Assembly: GCA_965644265.1 (NCBI GenBank)
Contig: OZ286473.1
Location: 22,382,001-22,446,000 of the forward strand
Direction of reading: 5' to 3'
Source of the DNA: Glycera tridactyla
Lineage: Eukaryota
Length of the DNA: 64,000 bases
Shown here piece by piece: positions 61,001 through 64,000 of the stretch. The first letter of the stretch is position 1; every line of letters begins with the position of its first letter. Position numbers and translations under genes: made by a program. The notes beneath the pieces were generated by a model. It was not told where the DNA came from. It saw nothing but the letters and a program-made list of their open reading frames with translations, and ran no database searches.

Positions 61001-62726
61001 TACACCTGCCCTCCTCCATTATAGTGAAACCTCCGACGGGAGAACCCCTGATGGGAGACCACCTACGACAGGAGACTACTTCAGCAGGGCAGCATTTCTA
61101 TTTGACATAGTCAAATACACCTCTGATAAGAGACAACCTCTTTTAAGAGACCACTATTTGGTGACATTTAGGGTGGTCTCTTTTCGCAGGTTCCACTATA
61201 GTCATAGGCTAAACAATGGATAGGTACCTGCCCATCAGGCAGGCAGACTGATGAAATTCTGTCCTATCAACAGATCCACCTGCCTGGACCAGTAGGGCAG
61301 CCCTTAGTGTAGAGCCCTGTGATGACTATATACTATACTTATCAAGATGTCCCAAGTGCCTGGTGCATTGAGAGAGTACCATGCCGAGTAGCGAGCCCGA
61401 GTGCCAAGTGGCCGCAGGTCACGAGTGCTTTCCCGGGGTCACCACGAGGCGTGTGCGCTCTCAACGTACCAGACACGAGGGATATCTGATCTTATCATCC
61501 AATGAATCAATTTCTAATGCAGTTTAGCATGATTAGTGAGTGAATTTACTCTCGGCATTACTCACGGCGTTACTCTTCGCAGCGAAGAATAGGGTTTGTT
61601 TATTGCCACGATGCAAGAATCGAACATGGGATACTGCAAGTTGACCTTTGAACTTGATTATTATATGACCAATCAGCGTTGGCGAGCACGCATCACGTGA
61701 TCTAAGCGCAAAAAAAATGAAAATACCAGCTGGGAGGTGGTACGCTCTCAGATTACTGCCAAGCGCCGAGGTGCATGGGAAGACAACGCTTACCAACACG
61801 CTAGACTCAACATCGGATGATAAGTGTATATACGAACCTTAAAAAATTTCATTCTGAGATTGGATACAGTGAAATCTGTGATGAGGTACACCCTAAATGA
61901 TACCAGAAATGAGACCTTCAGTGTCTGTGAATTTCATAACCCTTCACTTTCCATTGGGGACCCAGAAGGAGGAGTCTTGAATGAACACACCAATGGCCAT
62001 TGCATTAGCATCTCAATATAGCACAGATGTTGCTCACAGGATGTAAAACAAACAACCAAATGACCAACCACCCTGAATGTCACCAGAATGGGTCCTCTCA
62101 AAAGAGGTGGTCTCTAGTTGAAGCCGGGCGAGAAGACATCAGGAAATTCAACCTGCCCTCCTTATATGTACAAGTCATTTATGATGAATTTCTACATGCC
62201 CACCTGGAAAATTTACCTGCCCCGGGCAGGTGGGCGGCTATCTCTTCTCACCCTGTGGAGGTATATTTGAATATGTTGACTTCAGGATACCTGAGGATGT
62301 CCTGAGAAAATGGTCTCCCATTGGAGGTGGTCTCTTTTTGGAGGGGTCTCTTTTTGCAAGTTCCAATTTGTATTAGGCAGCAGTGTGGTCTCTTCATTGC
62401 CGATTTCACTGTACCTTAATAATGATATCCATTGATACACTGCTGAAGGTCGCAGTAACTTTGAAAAATCTTATCTTAAAAATATGGTCAAAAAAGGATG
62501 ATAAAATAATGATAAGCATATAATGATCACTGATATGAATAATCGAGAAAAAATTGGTTACTTTTTGGCATTTTCATTCATGTATAGGTAAATGCCAGAA
62601 TATAAACTGTCCCATCATTCAGGATTCAGACAGATTTGAGCTGTGAATTTCATCTGAAAATTTCATCTGTGTTTTCTGCAGGTCCCTCCTCCCCCGACGA
62701 GCATATTTGGTGGTAGATTGTGCAAT
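55062..62726 (+). CDS. KICS2: KICSTOR complex subunit 2 (C12orf66 orthologue), 5' part; the gene continues beyond the window
   Basis: Exons: 55062-55154 (MMASITQEETFLETYFTCISQFSYDKAKDLC), 56964-57107 (DRERESHK...HLVTAEKTYSSLLFLGQKWFGRKD), 58057-58241 (NLRTSYSQMLTELKK...HLSGQIIQFLTARAKAMDF), 58824-58961 (YEQM...FHHPILSPLKHSF), 60782-60920 (LECEVIQHLLHAQ...LHLNDAHGKLAVW), 62682-62726 (VPPPPTSIFGGRLCN, less certain). Phases are consistent. They match human C12orf66 motifs as recalled: FSYDKAKD, AEKVYHSL, DFYEKM, FHHPILSPL, LFGG. Confidence 0.93.
59975..60570. repeat. About 262-bp tandem repeat (2.3 copies) in a KICS2 intron
   Basis: gccYatcaaatg...gtcatgaccttgac recurs near 59978, 60241 and 60503. 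Confidence 0.75.
61333..61830. mobile_element. TIR element with a CpG-rich, CCAAT/E-box-containing core in a KICS2 intron
   Basis: tatacttatcaagatg / catcggatgataagtgtata ends; gaccaatcagcg and tcacgtga inside. Confidence 0.55.
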
Positions 62727-64000
62727 GTGAGCATTCAGTCAATTTCACTCTTGTAATCCTTTGAAAAATGCTTACATTCCAAACTCTTGAGTTGCTGGTG
62801 TCCATTTCATATATATTTGCAACATCTTTAAATGTACCGCTATTGTATTCTGTTGATTTGGATTGAATTGAACTTGAAATGATAAAATGTCATCTTGTTG
62901 CAAGACAATTTTTCAATGCTCAAATGTATCGGGTACTCTAAGACAAACACACTACTTTATTACTGCAACCATAAAAAGTGAAGGAATCCATATTTACTGG
63001 CATATTGGTAAAATCTTTCACACAATCTTTCACACCGAACTACAAGATGACAACAAGGAGATTGTGTTGTATGCTAGAACAACTTGACAACTTTGTTGAC
63101 AACAATATGGGCATTCCTCACTACTCAGTTTCTGGCCTCATCAGGGGTCCAGGCATGCGCAGACAACCTGATAATTCTAGTTCCGGCGACAAGGCCTCCT
63201 TACTACCAATGGTAATCAATAGGGGTGATACTTGATATCTCATTTTGATCCATCACACATTGGCTCTTCAGAGCTTCCACACATATCAATTGGAAAACCA
63301 GTCACCATCATGCGGAATATGGGAATAAATGCTCAAGAGTGAACTAGGAAGATTTTGGTTTGAAATTAGCAACTTTTCTGGATGTGTGTTGTGAGTGATC
63401 ATATGCAGGGTGATGGCAGTTAGACAGCCCCTGCCACTCCTCCTGACAGGACCCCTGTGATGTTGGTGTGTAGTTATTACCTCACATCTCAGATCACTGG
63501 TCAGCTGGGTGAGAGTGAAATCAGATATATGACTTTGATTATCACAACTTCCAGTTAGATGACAGGGAGAGGTAAATGACCGCAGTACATTTTTACAAGG
63601 GGTCGGAACTAAATCACCAGGAGGTCATTGATTAAAGCTCCTCATCTGAGATAACTGAATTTTAATGAGATATCCCTGACTGCATCACACAAGTAGGCTT
63701 TCATCCTCGTCTCCGGAACTAGTATTATTGCCACTCATTTCACCCTCCCAAGTCTAGAGAAGAACTAGTGAGAAACACCGGTATTGGAAAATCATCGAAC
63801 AGCTTGAAGATCTGCCAAATTTAGACAAGGAGAACCAACAACTAAAATAACCATGATGCTTCTGTAGCAAATCACTATTGAAGAATGAACAACATTAATC
63901 ATCGCGGTGTGGAGACGCAACCAGCTCATCATTAGCATATTTTGAGATTGTGACTTCCATATTCAATCCATATTTGGCTTTTCACTGCAGTCGTAATTCT

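Noticed and set aside
62887-63235. ORFs downstream of the last KICS2 exon found
   Set aside because: No match to the expected next KICS2 segment (PPxLxxWL...LLAKF); that exon appears to lie beyond the window

Overview
This is AT-rich, intron-rich animal genomic DNA, probably from an invertebrate; the species cannot be determined from the sequence. Two genes lie in tandem on the + strand. (1) A complete SERINC/TMS1 serine-incorporator gene spans 8439-46299 and encodes about 457-463 aa. (2) The 5' two-thirds of a KICS2/C12orf66 (KICSTOR subunit) gene runs from 55062 past the window end. The most striking feature is the 24-kb SERINC interval encoding the large Ser-rich cytosolic loop (ICL4). It holds four paralogous, frame-enforced mutually exclusive exons (25732, 27505, 28380, 30308), two of them with in-frame alternative donors. 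Downstream are several frame-preserving cassette/micro-exon candidates (33, 12, 45 and 54 nt, plus weaker ones), along with candidate RNA structures and UGCAUG motifs that could control exon choice. KICS2 carries a probable U12-type intron and a probable uORF. Introns are packed with MITEs (TA, TAA, 5-bp and 6-bp TSD families), a Helentron-associated element with 170-bp repeats, a 30-bp minisatellite and decayed LINE fragments. Almost all ORFs in the supplied track are spurious; the real coding sequence is in short exons. All exon calls were read by hand from splice signals, phase and remembered homology, and are not transcript-verified.
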